From Mobula hypostoma (taxonomy: Eukaryota), in the NCBI RefSeq assembly GCF_963921235.1, contig NC_086097.1, positions 197,038,001 through 197,102,000 on the forward strand: a stretch of 64,000 nt of DNA. The letters run 5' to 3'. Both the position numbers and the translations under genes were made by a program. The stretch's first letter is position 1. Every line of letters begins with the position of its first letter. The notes below the pieces were generated by a model that was not told where the DNA came from, ran no database searches, and saw nothing but the letters and a program-made list of their open reading frames with translations. This document shows positions 11,045 through 24,102 of the stretch, in pieces.

Positions 11045-13320
11045 ATGGAATTTAAACTAATTTGGCAGGGTGATGGGAACCAGAGTGATGGGGCTGAAGG
11101 TGGGGTGGTTGGTTTACAAACAGAGGAAATGTGTAGTGAGACTGCTAGCATGGATAGGCTGATGCTAGGGCTGATTTGCAGTCAACAGGATGAGTTGCAA
11201 TGTGGAAGGGGGCCAAAGTTGAAAAGGGTGATGAATGCATTATATTTGAATGCACACTGTATACAGAATAAAGTAGATGAACTTGTAGCACATTTAGAGA
11301 TTGGCAGGTATGGCATTGTGGACTGAGTCGTGGCTGAAAAACAATTATAGCTGGAGCTTAACATCCAAGGATACACATTGTATCAAAAGGACTGGCAGGT
11401 AGGCAATGTGGATGGGCTTTGGTTTAAAAAAAATGAAATCAAATCCTTAGAAAGAAGTGACATAGGATCAGACGATGTAGAGTCCTTATGTGAGGGTGAA
11501 AAGACCCTGATGGGAGTTATATACAGGCCTCTGAACAGTAGCCAGGATATGGACTATAATTTATAACAGGAGATGGAAAAGGCATGTCAAAAGAGCAATG
11601 TTACGATTCCATTATGCAGATAGATTGAGAAACTCAGGTTGGTGCTGGATCCCCAGGTGAGAATTTGTAGAATGCCTATGAGAAGGCTTTTTAGAGCAGC
11701 TTGTTGTTGAGCAGTTAGGGGATCCGCTATTTTAGATTGGCTGTTGTGCAATGAACTGGAATTGATTAGAGAGCTTAAGGGTCAGTAATCATAATAAGAT
11801 ATAATTCACCCTGCTGAGGACTCACGATTACAGTGGAGTAAAGGGAATTGCAGAGGCATGAGAGAGGAGTTGGCTTAAGTTGATTGGAAGGGGACACTAG
11901 CAGGGATGATGGCAGAGCAGCAATGGCTGGAATTTCTAGATACAGTTTGGAAGGCGCAGGATACATATGTAATGCCCTGGTTCATATTTTTACTGTTATG
12001 CAGTATGTATTTCATTTTGTGCTGTTCGTTATTTCATTTTAACAGTTCTGCAAGAGCTACTTGTTTTCAGCTTGTGTTTGGGTTATTGTTGAAGATAGCA
12101 GATGAGAAGAAATGTTTGCTATCCAATTAGGGTGGTTGATTTGAAAGGGAGGTTTCTGGTGAAGGACACTAAGGTTGGGTTTGGGAGGGGTTTTTTGTTC
12201 GAGAAAGGATGGAGAAGGAAGACTCTGGGGAGAACCAGTCGTAGCATACGTTCTGGTGGGAGACAAGTTTGTTCGAGATGGATTGTGAGCGACGTTCAGA
12301 AGGTGGTGTGTGCTTTCATGTTGACTAAGGGCCCAGTGCATGAGTGACAGAGAAGTTCAAGGTGAGCTCCAACTTGTACACATTTGACTGTTTAATTAGA
12401 ATGGGCCCTTTTTGTTATTTATTAACCCTTTAGTTAAGATTCATAAACATAATTCCTTTAATCATATGCAGTGTACCACCTGTTACTTTGAGGCATTAAC
12501 TTGCAACAGGGTAGCAAATGACACAGCATCCACACAAGCCGGGGTATGGGTTGGGATCAAGCGCACCTCAATCTCACGAGTTTGGCAGGGCCGTAGGTTA
12601 TCTTCCCCAGACTTGCGCAGCCATGGAAACCAGGGTGTTTCACATGTATGCCAGGGAAGAAGTATTCTAATGGCAGGATGACATAACTGTGGCTGACAAA
12701 GGAAGTTAAAGCCAACATAAAATCCAAAAGAGAGGGCATATAGTAGAGCAAAACTTAGTGGGAAGTTAAAGGATTGGGAAGGTTTTAAAAACTTACAAAA
12801 GGCAACAAAAAGTCATAAAGATAGAAAAAGATGGAATACGAAGGTAAGCTAGCCAATAATACCAATACCAAGTGAATGATTCTGGGAATGAAGGGGTTAC
12901 CATATGAGGACTGATTGATGGCTTTGGGCCTGTACTAGAATTCATAAGAATGAGGAGGGAATCTCATTGAAACCTATCGAATGTCGAAAGGCCTTGACAG
13001 AGTGGATGTGGAGTATATCCTGTGGTGGTAGAGCCCAGGACCAGATGGCACAGCCTCAGAATAAAAGCATGTCCATTTAGAATGGCGATGAGGAGGGATT
13101 TCTTTAGTTGGAGAATGGTGAATCTGTGGAATTGATTGCCACAGATGGCTGTGGAACCCAAGTCATTGGGTAGATTTAAGGCAGAGATTGTTAGATTATT
13201 GATTAGTCATTGCATGAAAGTCAGGAGATTAGGGCGAGAGGGAAATGGATCAGCCATGATGAAATGGCAGAGCAGAATTGATGAGCCAAATGGCCTAATT
13301 CTGTATCTATATCTTGTGGT
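11045..13320 (+). mobile_element. Decayed CR1 (ORF1 end, EN, tether, internal deletion of RT, 3' end) containing a solo LTR
   Basis: LYLNAHCIQNKVDEL and VIYRPLN EN motifs; jump from tether to post-RT sequence near 12860-12875; CR1 3' UTR near 13250-13320. Confidence 0.8.
11968..12644. mobile_element. Putative solo LTR (677 bp)
   Basis: TG...CA termini with imperfect inverted ends (TGTAATGCCCTGG / CCAGGGTGTTTCACA); interrupts a collinear CR1; flanks CATA and TGTA may be a decayed 4-bp TSD. Confidence 0.65.
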
Positions 13321-14304
13321 CTCACTGAATTCACATTGAGTGTTTACAAAACATTGGTGAGATCGTAACTGGATTGTTGTGTCCAATTCTCTTTACTGCA
13401 CTTCAGGAGGAAAGTTCCAAATGAAGGTGCAGTAAAGATTCACTGGAAAGTTCCAAAGACGAGAAATTCTGACTGTATTGTTAGAATTAAGATTGTAGAG
13501 CGGTGTTTAGGGTGTAAAGGTTAATGGGAGATCATTATGCAGTTGAAGAATTCTATTTTGTATTCTATTCATTTATTTTCTGCTTACCCAAATTGTGTAG
13601 GTGTATAAATTATTTTTCACATTTACGAAATTGTGGAGTAGTATGTGCTGCACTTGATCAATTGGGGGAAATCATAAGTTTGTTCAAATATGACTGTTCC
13701 ACCATTCAGTAAAATCATGGCTAATTTTTCATCACTTCAGCACCACTTTCTTAAACTGATGTTCTAAACATTAATTCTCTTAATGATGGTAAGATTCCAT
13801 GCTATGATTTTGAATTTTGCTGTTGCATCATTAGATATGGGGCACCATCGGGTCCTCGCCAGGTCAGGTGGGCAACCTGTTCACTCATGGCAATAATGCA
13901 CTGTGGGATGATACCGTGGCACAGGCTGAGAACTGATTATTGAACTATCAGCAAAGAGGTGGAATAGGTAATTCATTGTTGAGTTGGCAGGGTGTGACGA
14001 GTGGGTTATTGCAGAAATCAGTACTTGTGCTCCAAATTTTCAAAATACATTTTGGTTAAGAGGACCAAATGTCATATTTTCAAGTTTGCTACTGATACCA
14101 AAGGATGCATTAGAAATACTAGAACTGTTTTCCTCAGAGATGGCTGAGGGAAAATATTGAAGTGTCCAGACAAAGCAGATGGCAGGAGGCTGTTCCTTTT
14201 TCTGGAGGAACGTGCTGGTCCTCAACTCCTCTGGAAAAAGGAACAGCCTCCTACAATCAGCTTTGTCTGGGCACCTCAATATTTTATACATTTCTGTTAA
14301 ATCT

Positions 14305-15590
14305 TCCCTCAGTGAGAAGAGAGCATGTTTTGGGTGGTGGGGGTCACTAATGATGGATGTTGCATTCCTGTAGCAACGCTTCCGGTAGATATGCTCAATG
14401 GTGAGGAGGGCTTTACTTGTTATGGACAGGGCTGTATCCGCTACTTTTTGTAGGAATTTCAGTTCAAGGGCATTGGAGTTTGCATAGCAGGTTGTGATGC
14501 AGCCAGTCAATATATCGATAAAAGTTTGTAAAAGTTTTAGATGTCAAGCTGAATCTTTGCAAACTCCTTAGGAAGCAGAGGCACTGCCGTGCTTTCTTCG
14601 CAATTGCACTGAACGTGCTGGGCCAAGGACAGGTCCTCCAAAATAATAACACTGAGGAATTTAAAGTTGCTGACCCTCTCCACCTCTGCTCCTGCAGTGA
14701 GGACTGGCTCATGAACTCTGGTCATGGACTTCTGAAGTTAATAATCAGCTCCTTGGTCTTACTGACATGAATAAGAAGTTGTTATGGCACCACTCAGCCA
14801 GATTTTCAATCACCCTCCTGTATGCTGATTCTTTAAAGGCATCCGTTAGTCGTGCGAGACCATGGATCTGCGCCTGGAAAGTCTTCACTCTCTCGGGCGC
14901 AGGCCTGGGCAAGGTTGTATGGAAGACCAGCAGTTGCCCATGCTGCAAGTCTCCCCTCTCCACGCCACCAATGTTGTCCAAGGGAAGGGCATCAGGACCC
15001 ATACAGCTTGGCACCAGTGTCGTCGCAGAGCAATGTGTGATTAAGTGCCTTGCTCAAGGACACAACACGTTCCCTTGGCTGGGGCTTGAACTCACGACCT
15101 TCAGGTCGCTAGTCCAATGCCTTAACCACTTGGCCATGTGCCCACGTGCTGATGGTTTCCCACTTTTGATTTGGCATACGACGATGGTGTCATCAGCAAA
15201 CTTGAATATGACATTGGAGTTTTGCATAGCCACACAGTCATAAGTGTAAACCAAGTTGAGCTGGGGTCTAAGCACATAGTCTTATGGTGCATCTATGTGA
15301 GTTTGTGTTGGTTCCTCCATGATTTGATGGTCAAAGCTACGATAGAAGGCATTGAGCTCATTTGGAAGCTAAGCCCTGTTATCACCTATGTTTCTTGATT
15401 TAGCTTTCTAAGAGGTGATAGTATTTGAGCCATGCCCCAACTATCGAGCATCCTTGATTCAAGTTTAGTCCAGAATTGCCACTTTGCCTGTGAGATGGCT
15501 TTCTGGAAATTGTACCTGGACCTTTTGTAATTCTGATCTCCATTCAAATCTGCAACCAAGTGTTGAGTTAGTTTTTTACTGGTATTTCTC
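14305..15590 (-). mobile_element. Rex1/Babar-type LINE RT fragment split by a SINE
   Basis: Minus ORFs YTYDCVA...FKFADDTIVV, ESAYRRVIENLAEWCHNN, VERVSNFKFL, KKARQCLCFLRSL. Confidence 0.85.
14830..15146 (-). mobile_element. tRNA-headed SINE with CORE-like segment and RTE-like tail
   Basis: A/B boxes, TGTGTCCTTGAGCAAGGCACTTAA, tail GACTAACGGATGCC; TSD TGCTGAT at 14823-14829 and 15147-15153. Confidence 0.88.
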
Positions 15591-15776
15591 AAACCTGATT
15601 TGAATTGAACAGAAGTGCTAAGTTAATGCCTGTTCTCTGCTTGTTATCTTTTCCAAAAACTGAATGTAGTTAAGATCAGTAATATAATCATGCATAATAT
15701 GATCCTGCATAAGAAAAAAATAGTATAGAAATTTAAATTGTTTTAAGAACATGGTAATTTTGTTTTGTTCTAACAG

Positions 15777-15884
15777 ATTTGGGCTCAAATAATAGTGGAT
15801 ACTATGAACTAATGGCAGTACTAACACATCAAGGCAGATCAAGTTCTTCTGGTCACTACGTAGCTTGGGTTAGAAGAAAATCAG
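15777..15884 (+). CDS. USP14: Ubiquitin C-terminal hydrolase 14, penultimate coding exon (His box)
   Basis: AG/GT-bounded 108-bp exon encoding (D)LGSNNSGYYELMAVLTHQGRSSSSGHYVAWVRRKS. Confidence 0.97.
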
Positions 15885-16229
15885 GTAATTCTCCCTCTTT
15901 TTGTATTAACTAGTTATTAGGCATTCCTTTTTAGTATCAATTGGAGAAATTCAATATTGCTAATATTTCAGACTAAGTGTAGCCCTTGATAGCCTTTGCT
16001 TAGTTTTATTGTTTTTATATTTGTATGTATATTCAATTTTGTAGGTATAAGTTGCAATTGTTGCACATTTTGCCTGTTATAACTGTGTTCTGTGCTGAAA
16101 GATGCTTTAAAGTAAATTTAGACATCAGGCAGCAAGAACGGCATGTTAATCGATATTGCAACAATATTTATATCATGTGTTCCTAAATGTTAAGATTTCC
16201 AGTTCTCATTTGTATTGATTTGTTTTCAG

Positions 16230-16381
16230 ATGAGTGGATTAAATTTGATGACGATAAAGTCAGCGTAGTGGCACCCGAAGATATTCTAAAGTTGTCTGGT
16301 GGTGGTGACTGGCACATAGCCTATGTTCTACTGTATGGGCCCCGTAGACTAGAAGTAATTGAAGATGAAGCCCCACAGTGA
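16230..16381 (+). CDS. USP14: USP14 last coding exon
   Basis: TTTTCAG acceptor, phase matches; (D)EWIKFDDDKVSVVAPEDILKLSGGGDWHIAYVLLYGPRRLEVIEDEAPQ*. Confidence 0.97.
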
Positions 16382-16628
16382 AATCCGAGTTGAGCACAAC
16401 TACATTCATTTTCCTTCTCCTGCATGGCTACTACTGTTGTGCAATGCCTTCATTCTCTGTGGCTTACCTTAATTGGAAATAAGACTGCAAAGGGAAGGTG
16501 TTGTCTTAACTGTGACCCTGGTATTGCTTAACATCACCTACCAAACCTTACAAGACAAATCAGGTATTAGTTGAAAAAGACCTGTGGATTTGATCTGTTC
16601 TTAATTCTGATACTTCTCTATGTGGAAT

Positions 16629-16634
16629 AATAAA
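16629..16634 (+). promoter_or_regulatory. Candidate USP14 polyadenylation signal (alternative at 17433-17438)
   Basis: AATAAA downstream of the stop in unique AT-rich sequence; usage cannot be determined from sequence. Confidence 0.4.
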
Positions 16635-17624
16635 AGTATGTGATCCATAAATCTTGGGTTTATTCCTCCAAACTTCAAGTTTTTAGTCAAATGTGGTTAT
16701 TGATGAGTTGATGTGATATTGCAAACAGAAATGTTCCATTTGAATGGGGTTTCTCTTAAATGTGCAGTTAAAATTAAAAGTACAATGTAAACTTTGCACT
16801 GTAAATTTTACATTGTAAATTAGCTTTATTAAAAGTTGCAGTTTTTCTAATCATTTTGTTGTTGTTCCAACCAAAGCTAGTAGTTTGCCTAAAACCACAT
16901 ATTATTTTATAAATTCACGAACCTTATGATTTGCTAAAACTTTAAAGATTAAAAATAACTTATTTGTTCTTTGAACTTGTTTGTGATTCATCACCCGATA
17001 ATAGATTAAAATCCCCCATGCCTAAATTTCTGAAGTTTTGTGGGGATTAAGCTTTTCAATGCAAAGGATGAGTAATATGGCAATAGGCTTGTGTCCTGTC
17101 TTGAATCATATCAGCCTGGGTAAAGAACTTAATTAGGTTGCCTGTTCACTGCAATGGTTGGCACCTGATCTGTTTTTCTGTCAGCTTTGTTTTCCCTCTA
17201 AATTTCAAAATTAAATTTAGCTTTTTAAACAATGCAAAGAATACCACACCTATGTGGTAATAAAAAAAATGTTTGTGAGTACTGCAGGGACTACAGAGCT
17301 TTCTCTTCTAATGAGTTGTCCAAAATGTGGTTAGAATCAGTGGAGCGTCCACCTGAAACCATTCAAGAGCAAATCAAAATTAATGAATGTAGAATGGTGG
17401 CTACTTTGCCCTTGCCATCTCTCTCTTATTGAAATAAATATTCATTGTCTTCCTCAGAATACAAATGCACACATTAGCTTGCTGAAACAAAGAATGGGGA
17501 GACAAAGCTTTGTGAATAAAGAGTTATGGCAACTACCATGATCGTGGGCACAAACTTGCACGGTGCACTGTTGCTAATCCTGCACCTTTACACATTAACC
17601 AAGTTGAAGCCCTGTGAATCATGA

Positions 17625-17920
17625 AGGTTCGAAGTAAATTTATCATCAAAATGCATACGTCACCATGTACAACTCTGTGGTTCATTTTCTTGCGGTCATA
17701 CTCAAATCCATAGAATAATAACCATAATAGGATCCGTGGAAGACCACATCAACTTGAGTGTTCAACCAGTGTGCAAAAGATGGCAAAATGTGCAAATACA
17801 AAAAGAAATAAATTATAATAATAAATAAGCAATAAATATCAAGAATATGAGATGAAGAATCCTTGAAAGTGAGTCCATTGGTTATGGCTACTTTTCAATG
17901 ATGGGGCGAGTGAAGTTATC
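17625..17920 (-). mobile_element. Rex1/Babar-type 3' UTR fragment
   Basis: Reverse complement ends TGATAAATTTACTTCGAACCTT, similar to the tails at ~35000 and ~52910. Confidence 0.65.
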
Positions 17921-18769
17921 GATGTTGCTCAAAACTGCAGAATGTAGAAATCTGAAATAATAACAAAATGTTGGGAGTATTTAGCAGATCAGAACATCTA
18001 CAGAGGAAAAGTTACTGTTTTTATTTTGATTAATGAAATAAAAATAATAACTTTGGACTTGTTCGTACTCTCTTTGTTGTTTGCCAGTTTAATTTCTCCA
18101 TTGAGAGGTCTGTTAAAGCACTCAAAAGTGATGTCCATTAGCTGATGTTACTGCTCGGAAGAATGTGTCATACTTGGAAATCTTGGACTATGCCTTTTTA
18201 ATGTTAGCTCAACTCTTAGGAATTTTTTTATCTATGCAAAATAGTTACTTCCAATTCCATGTTCATTAATTTGAGCTGGCTTTATGTTCAGAGGTTTCAT
18301 CAAATGCTTTCAGAAATATTCATTTTGATTGAATAGATCTTCAGCCATTTGAAAACTCTGCAGGATCAGCAAGAGCTGCATTCTTTGGGGTTCAATGACT
18401 TATCTATGGTACATTCCACAATAGCAAAAGTGATATTATCCATAGGTAACTGTAAGCATGGTACTCTATAATCCAATAGTGGATGCATTTATGTACTTAA
18501 TTAGTTCTAAAATCCTATTTTTTTTTTAAACTGATGACGCTTTCCAGAAGCAAAGGTAATGGAACTACAATATTAAACATTACTAAACAAATCAGAAATA
18601 AAAATTATTTGATTTCTAAGTACTATAGGTAGCTCTCATTGTCAAAGTTTAACTGATGCCAAGTAATAAATATTGGCACTTAAATATAGATGCTAATGTA
18701 ATATTTTGTATGTTGGTCCCTTGCAACTGATAATATAGAATTGTGTTCCTACTTTTTTTTCTAATATGC

Positions 18770-19285
18770 AGCCCCTCGGGTCAAGATTGACTTCCACTCC
18801 AGTCCTAAGGTGACTGAAGTTCTAAAGTAGTGAAGCTAGTGTGGGACCCACAGACTCTGAAGAAGTTAGGATAGGCAGTCAGGTGGACAGTTTGAGAGGT
18901 GATTTGTTCTGGATGAATGGTCTTGAGGTCCATTTAAGGATTGCCTTCTGAAGTTTGAGTTGTCACAAGAATTACTTTGAGTTGTGGATCTACCTTGAGA
19001 CCCAATTTGAACCTTTTTCTCCATTCACTTGAAGATCTCTTGCGATGACAGAGCTTGGCACAGTATGTCTGTTTTTGGAGACACAGGTTGGATATGTGAA
19101 TAATGTGGCCTAACCATTGGAGCAGACTGAATGCAATTATAGCCTCATTGCTAGGGCATTTAACCTGAGGGAAGAAACTGTGAATTCATTTATCCTGCCA
19201 GTGGAGTAGAAGATTTTGTAAGGTATGTTTGACGACATCTCTGTTTCTTTGAGGTAACCTCTGGAAATAGTCCATGTGTCTACCG
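18770..19285 (-). mobile_element. Decayed RTE-clade LINE 3' fragment
   Basis: Minus-strand translation gives RTE-like C-terminal remnants (WQDK, LQWLGHI, KQTY, KRFK). Confidence 0.6.
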
Positions 19286-19745
19286 TGACATAGGAGCATA
19301 ATTAGCCATTCAGCCCATTTGAGTTTGCTCTGCTATTCCACCATGACAGATTTATTATCTCTCTCAACCACATTCACCTGCTTTCTTCCCACAACCTTAT
19401 CAAATTCTGCTTTAAATGTACTCACTGACTTGGCCTCCATAGTCATCTGTGGCAGTGAATTCTGCAGATTCACCACTGTTTGGCTAAAGAAATTATTCAT
19501 CTCTGTTCTGAGTGAAAGTTCCTCATTCCGAGGCTGTGTCCTCTGGTCCTAGACACCCCCACTATAGGAAACACTCTCTCCACACCTGCTCTATCTAGGC
19601 CTTTCAATATTTGATTGGTTTCAATGAAATCTCCTTTCATTCTTTTAAACTCCAAGTACAGGCCCAGTGCCATGCTTTTCATTCCTGGAAATATTCTAGT
19701 GGACCTCCTCTGGACTCTCTCCAATGGTAGCACATCCTTCCTTAT
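19285..19745 (-). mobile_element. CR1 3' end
   Basis: ORF 19497-19733 LERVQRRSTRIFPG...RVFPIVGVSRTRGHSL. Confidence 0.85.
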
Positions 19746-19749
19746 AAAT

Positions 19750-22700
19750 TTGAGGTCAGAGTTGGTCAGGGCTGACTGTGATGTGCAATCTAGATGCAGT
19801 GTGATATGGAGAGCAAGCTGTTGCTCATGCAGCAGGCTCGGTGTCTACGTGCAGCTGAGGAGTCCAAAGGAGCAGCAGAAACTGATATAGATTGGCACCA
19901 GTGGTGTCGCAGGAAATGCTATTCAGCATTAAACTCAAAGTAGGACTCCAGATTTTTTCTTGGGGAGTACCTCCAGAGCCTTCTAGATGAGCTCCCCCCC
20001 CCCAAGAAAGAAGGGAAATGTACAGTCAGTGCAGAGTACCCATGTGGCCGTTCCCCTTATAATAAATATTTCACTTTCGATACTGTTGGAGGGGCGGGGG
20101 TGACCTACTGGGAGGAGCCACAGCAACTGAATCTGGCACTGTGGTTCAGAAGAGAAGATATATGAAGAGGACTGCAGCAGTGATGGGAGATTCCATAGTT
20201 ACAGGAATAGAGATGAGATTCTGTGAACAGGATAGAGATACTCAGATGGCATGTTGCCTTTGTGGTGCCAGAGTCAGGGATGACTCGGTTTAGGTCCACG
20301 GCATTCTAAGCGGGAACGTGAACAGCCAGAAATCTTGACATATACTGGCACCAATAATATTGGTAGGAAAGGTGAGGAGGTCCTGAAGAGAGATTTTAGG
20401 GAGCTCGGTAGAAAGCCGAAAAACAGGACCTCCAGGTTTGTCATCTCTGGATTGCTGCCTGTGCCTCACGTCAATGAGGGTAAGAATATGATGATTTGGC
20501 GAATGAATGTGTGGCTGAGGAACTGGTGTAGGGGGCAGGGATTCAGATTTATGGATTATTGAGATTTCTTCAGGGGAAGGTCTTGCGAGACCATGGATCT
20601 GCGCCTGGAAAGTCTTCACTCTCCAGGGCGCAGGCCTGAGCAAAGTTGTATGGAAGACCAGCAGTTGCCCATGCTGCAAGTCTTCCCTCTCCACGACGCC
20701 AATGTTGTCCAAGGGAAGGGCATTAGGACCCATACAGCTTGGCACCAGTGTCATCGCAGAGCAATGGGTGATTAAGTGCCTTGCTCAAGGACGCAACACG
20801 TTCCCTCGGCTGGGGCTCAAACTCACGACCTTCAGTTCACTAGTCCAATGCCTTAACCACTTGGCCACGTGCCCACAGGGGAAGGTATGACCTATACAAA
20901 AGGGATGGGTTACACCTGAACCCGAGGGGATCCAATATCCTTACGGGCAGTTTGGCTAGAGTTGTTTTTTGGCGGGGGGGGGTTAATCTAATTTGACAGG
21001 GGGGTGGGAACTGGAGTGGTAGTGCTGAAGATGAGGTTGTTGGCTACACAATGTGTAGTGAGACTGCTCGCATGACTGAATCATGGCTGAAAGCAAATTG
21101 TAAATGGAAGCTTAACATTGTACTGAAAGGTCAGGCAGGCAGGCAGGTGGGTGACTCTATTGGTAAAAAATGAAATCAAATCATTAAAAATAGATGACAT
21201 AGAATAGGAATATGTAAAATTGTTGGGTAGAGCTAAGAAACTGCAAGGGTTAAAATGCCCTGATTTGAGTTGTATGCAGACCTCTGAATAGTAGTAAAGG
21301 TGTGGTCTACAAATGACAATGGGAGATAGAAAATGTATGTGAAAAGGGCAGTGTTATGATAGTCATTGGGAATTTTAATCTACAGATAGATTGGGAAAAT
21401 CAGGTTGGTGCTGGGGCCCAAGAGGGGGAATTTGTAGAATGCCTACAAGTTGGCTTTTTAGAATAGTTACTGGTTGAGCCCAGGAGGGGTCAGCTATTCT
21501 GGATTGTGTGTTGTGCAATTAACTGGAATTGATTTGAGAGTATAGGTAAAGGAACCCTTAGGGGCTAGTGATCATAATATGATAGAATTCACCCTATAGT
21601 TTAAGAAAGATAAGCTAAAGTCAGATGCATCAGTATTACATTGGAGTAAAGGGAATTACAGAGGCATCAGAGAGGAACTGGCTGGAGTTTCTGGGAGCAA
21701 TTCAGAAGGTGCAGAGGTAGTATTCAAAAGGTAAGATGATGCAACCATGGCTGATAAGAGAAGTCAAAGCCAATAGAAGAACAAAGAAGTGGGCATATAA
21801 TGGAGCAACAATTAGAAGTAAGTTGGAGGATTGGGAAGCTTTTAAAAGCCAACAGAAGGCAACTAAAAATGTCGTAAAGAAGGAAAAGATGGTATATGAA
21901 GTTAAGCTAACTAATAATGTTAAAGAGGATACCAGAAGTATCTTCAGATATATAACGAATAAAAGCGAGGCAAGAGTAGATATTGGACCACTGAAAAATG
22001 ATACTGGAGAGGTAGTAATGGGGTACAGGGAAGTGACAGATGAACTGAATACATATCTTCCATCAGTCATCAGTGTGGAAAACCTTAGCAACATACCATA
22101 CGTTCGAGAGTGCTGGGACAGAAGTGAGTGAGGTTGCCATTACTAAGGAGAAGGTTCTTGCGAAGCTGAAATGTTTGAAGGTAGGTAAGTCATCTGGACC
22201 AGATGGTCAACATTTGAAAGATGTGGTGAAGAGATTGTGGAGGCATTAGTAATGATTTTTCAAGAATCAATGGATTCTGGCATGGTTCCGAATGACTGGA
22301 AAATTGCAAATATTACTCAACACTTCAAACCGGGAGAGGTAGAAGAAAGGAAATTATAGGCCAGTTAGTTTAGCCTAGTGGTTGGAAAGATCTTGGAGTC
22401 GATTGTTAAGGATGTGGTTTCAGGATACTTGAGGCATATGTTAAATTGGACAAGGTTAGCATGGTCTCCTTAAAGGAAAATCTTGCCTGACAACTCTATT
22501 GGAATTCTTTGAAGAATAAATAAGCAAGATGGACAAAGGAGAATCGGGATGTCATGCATTTGGATTTTTAGAAGGCCTTTGACAAGATGCCATACGTGGT
22601 ACTACAGGAAAGTATTGGCTGATTGGCAGGAGGCAAAGAGTGGGAATAAAGGGAGCCTTTTCCAGTTGGCTGCCAGTGACTAGTGGTGTTCCACAGAGGT

Positions 22701-23600
22701 CTGCTTTTTATGTTATATGTCAATGATTGGATGACGGAATTGACAGCTTTGTGGATATTACGAAGATAGGTGGAGGAGCTAGTAGTTTTAATGAAGCAGA
22801 GAGGCTACAGAAGGATTTGGATTGGGAGAATGGGCAAAGAAGTGGCAGATGGAATATAGTTCAGGGAAGTGTATGGTCATGCACTTTGGTGGGATGAATA
22901 AAAGCATAGACTGTTTTTGGAATGGAGAGAAAATTCAAAAACCTGAGCTGCAAGGGGCTTGGGAGTTCTCATGCAGGATTCCCTAAAGGTTAATTTGCAG
23001 GTTGAGTCGGTGGTGAGGAAGGAAAATGCAATATTTGCATTAATTTCGAGAGGACCAGAATATAAAAGCAAGAATGTAATGTTGAGGCTTCCTCAGGCAC
23101 TAGTGAGGCTCACTTGGAGTATCGTGAGCAGCTTTGGGCCCCTTATCTAAGAAATGATATGCTGATATTAGAGGGAATTCAAAGGAGGTTCCTGAAAATC
23201 ATATGAGGAGCGATTGATGGCTCTGGGCCTGCACTCACTAGAATCCAGAAGAATGAGGCAGTATCTCAGTGAAACCTATTGAACGTTGAAAGGCCTTCAT
23301 AGAGTGAACTTCAAGAGGATGTTTCCTATGATGGGAGAGTCTAAGACCAGACAGGACAGTCTCAGAATAGAGGAGCACCCTTTTAGAATGGAGATGAGGA
23401 AGAATTTCTTTAGCCAGAGAGTAGTGAATCTGTGGAGGTCAAGTCATTGGGTATATTTAAGGCAGAGGTTAATAGATTCTTAATTATTCAGGGCACGAAG
23501 GGATAGATGGAAGAAAGCAGGAGATTGGGTCTGAGTGGAAAATGGATTAGCCGTGATGAAATGGTGGAGACCAAATGGCCTAATTCTGTTGGTCAGGTCT
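19750..23600 (+). mobile_element. Near full-length decayed CR1 with SGNH-esterase ORF1
   Basis: ORF1 remnants VMGDSIV (~20185), GTNNIG (~20347), DGLHLN (~20903); then EN, tether, RT and 3' UTR; the first ~250 bp may include other repeat sequence. Confidence 0.85.
20582..20875 (-). mobile_element. tRNA-headed SINE (same family as 14830), 3'-truncated
   Basis: High similarity to 14830-15146; 11-bp TSD CAGGGGAAGGT at 20571-20581 and 20876-20886. Confidence 0.9.
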
Positions 23601-24102
23601 TATTTAATTTTCTTTTTGTGTGTGTATATGTATATAATATATAGTGTAATTTTGTAGGCTTTTAAATTATGTATTGCAATGTACTGTTGCCACAAAACAG
23701 CAAATTTCATGACATATGTCAGTGATGTTCAGACTGATTCTGATAGACAAATAGTTGTCACAGGACAAAATGAAAATCACCACAGCCGTAGGAATTTTGA
23801 GGATCACGTCCAGTGTGACTGAGCAAGTATTGGGTTGCATTTTATTAGAATTACTATGTCAATTGGTTACATTCTCACTTGAAAAGATGGTTGGTGGTGA
23901 TGCAGTTGGTGTTTTTCAGGATTCTAAAGCTATTTCACTTTGTTTTACCACTGGCCTTCATTAGTCAGGACATTGAGAATAGGAGTTGGAATATTATTTA
24001 CAATTGTATATTGGTACAAATGTTTCCTTGGTGAGATCATTCTTGGAGGCCTATGCAGTTTTGGTTTTGGTTACTCTGTTATAAGAAAGGCATCATTAAA
24101 CT

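Noticed and set aside
14870..15040. HDV-like ribozyme in the SINE body
   Set aside because: I could not build the nested double pseudoknot by eye; it needs a covariance-model search
1..15776. Upstream USP14 exon (YEPFSF-type)
   Set aside because: No matching exon found by eye; it probably lies before the window, though a short diverged exon could be missed
16187..16229. ATG start of ORF 16187-16381
   Set aside because: Intronic read-in; the exon starts at the 16230 acceptor
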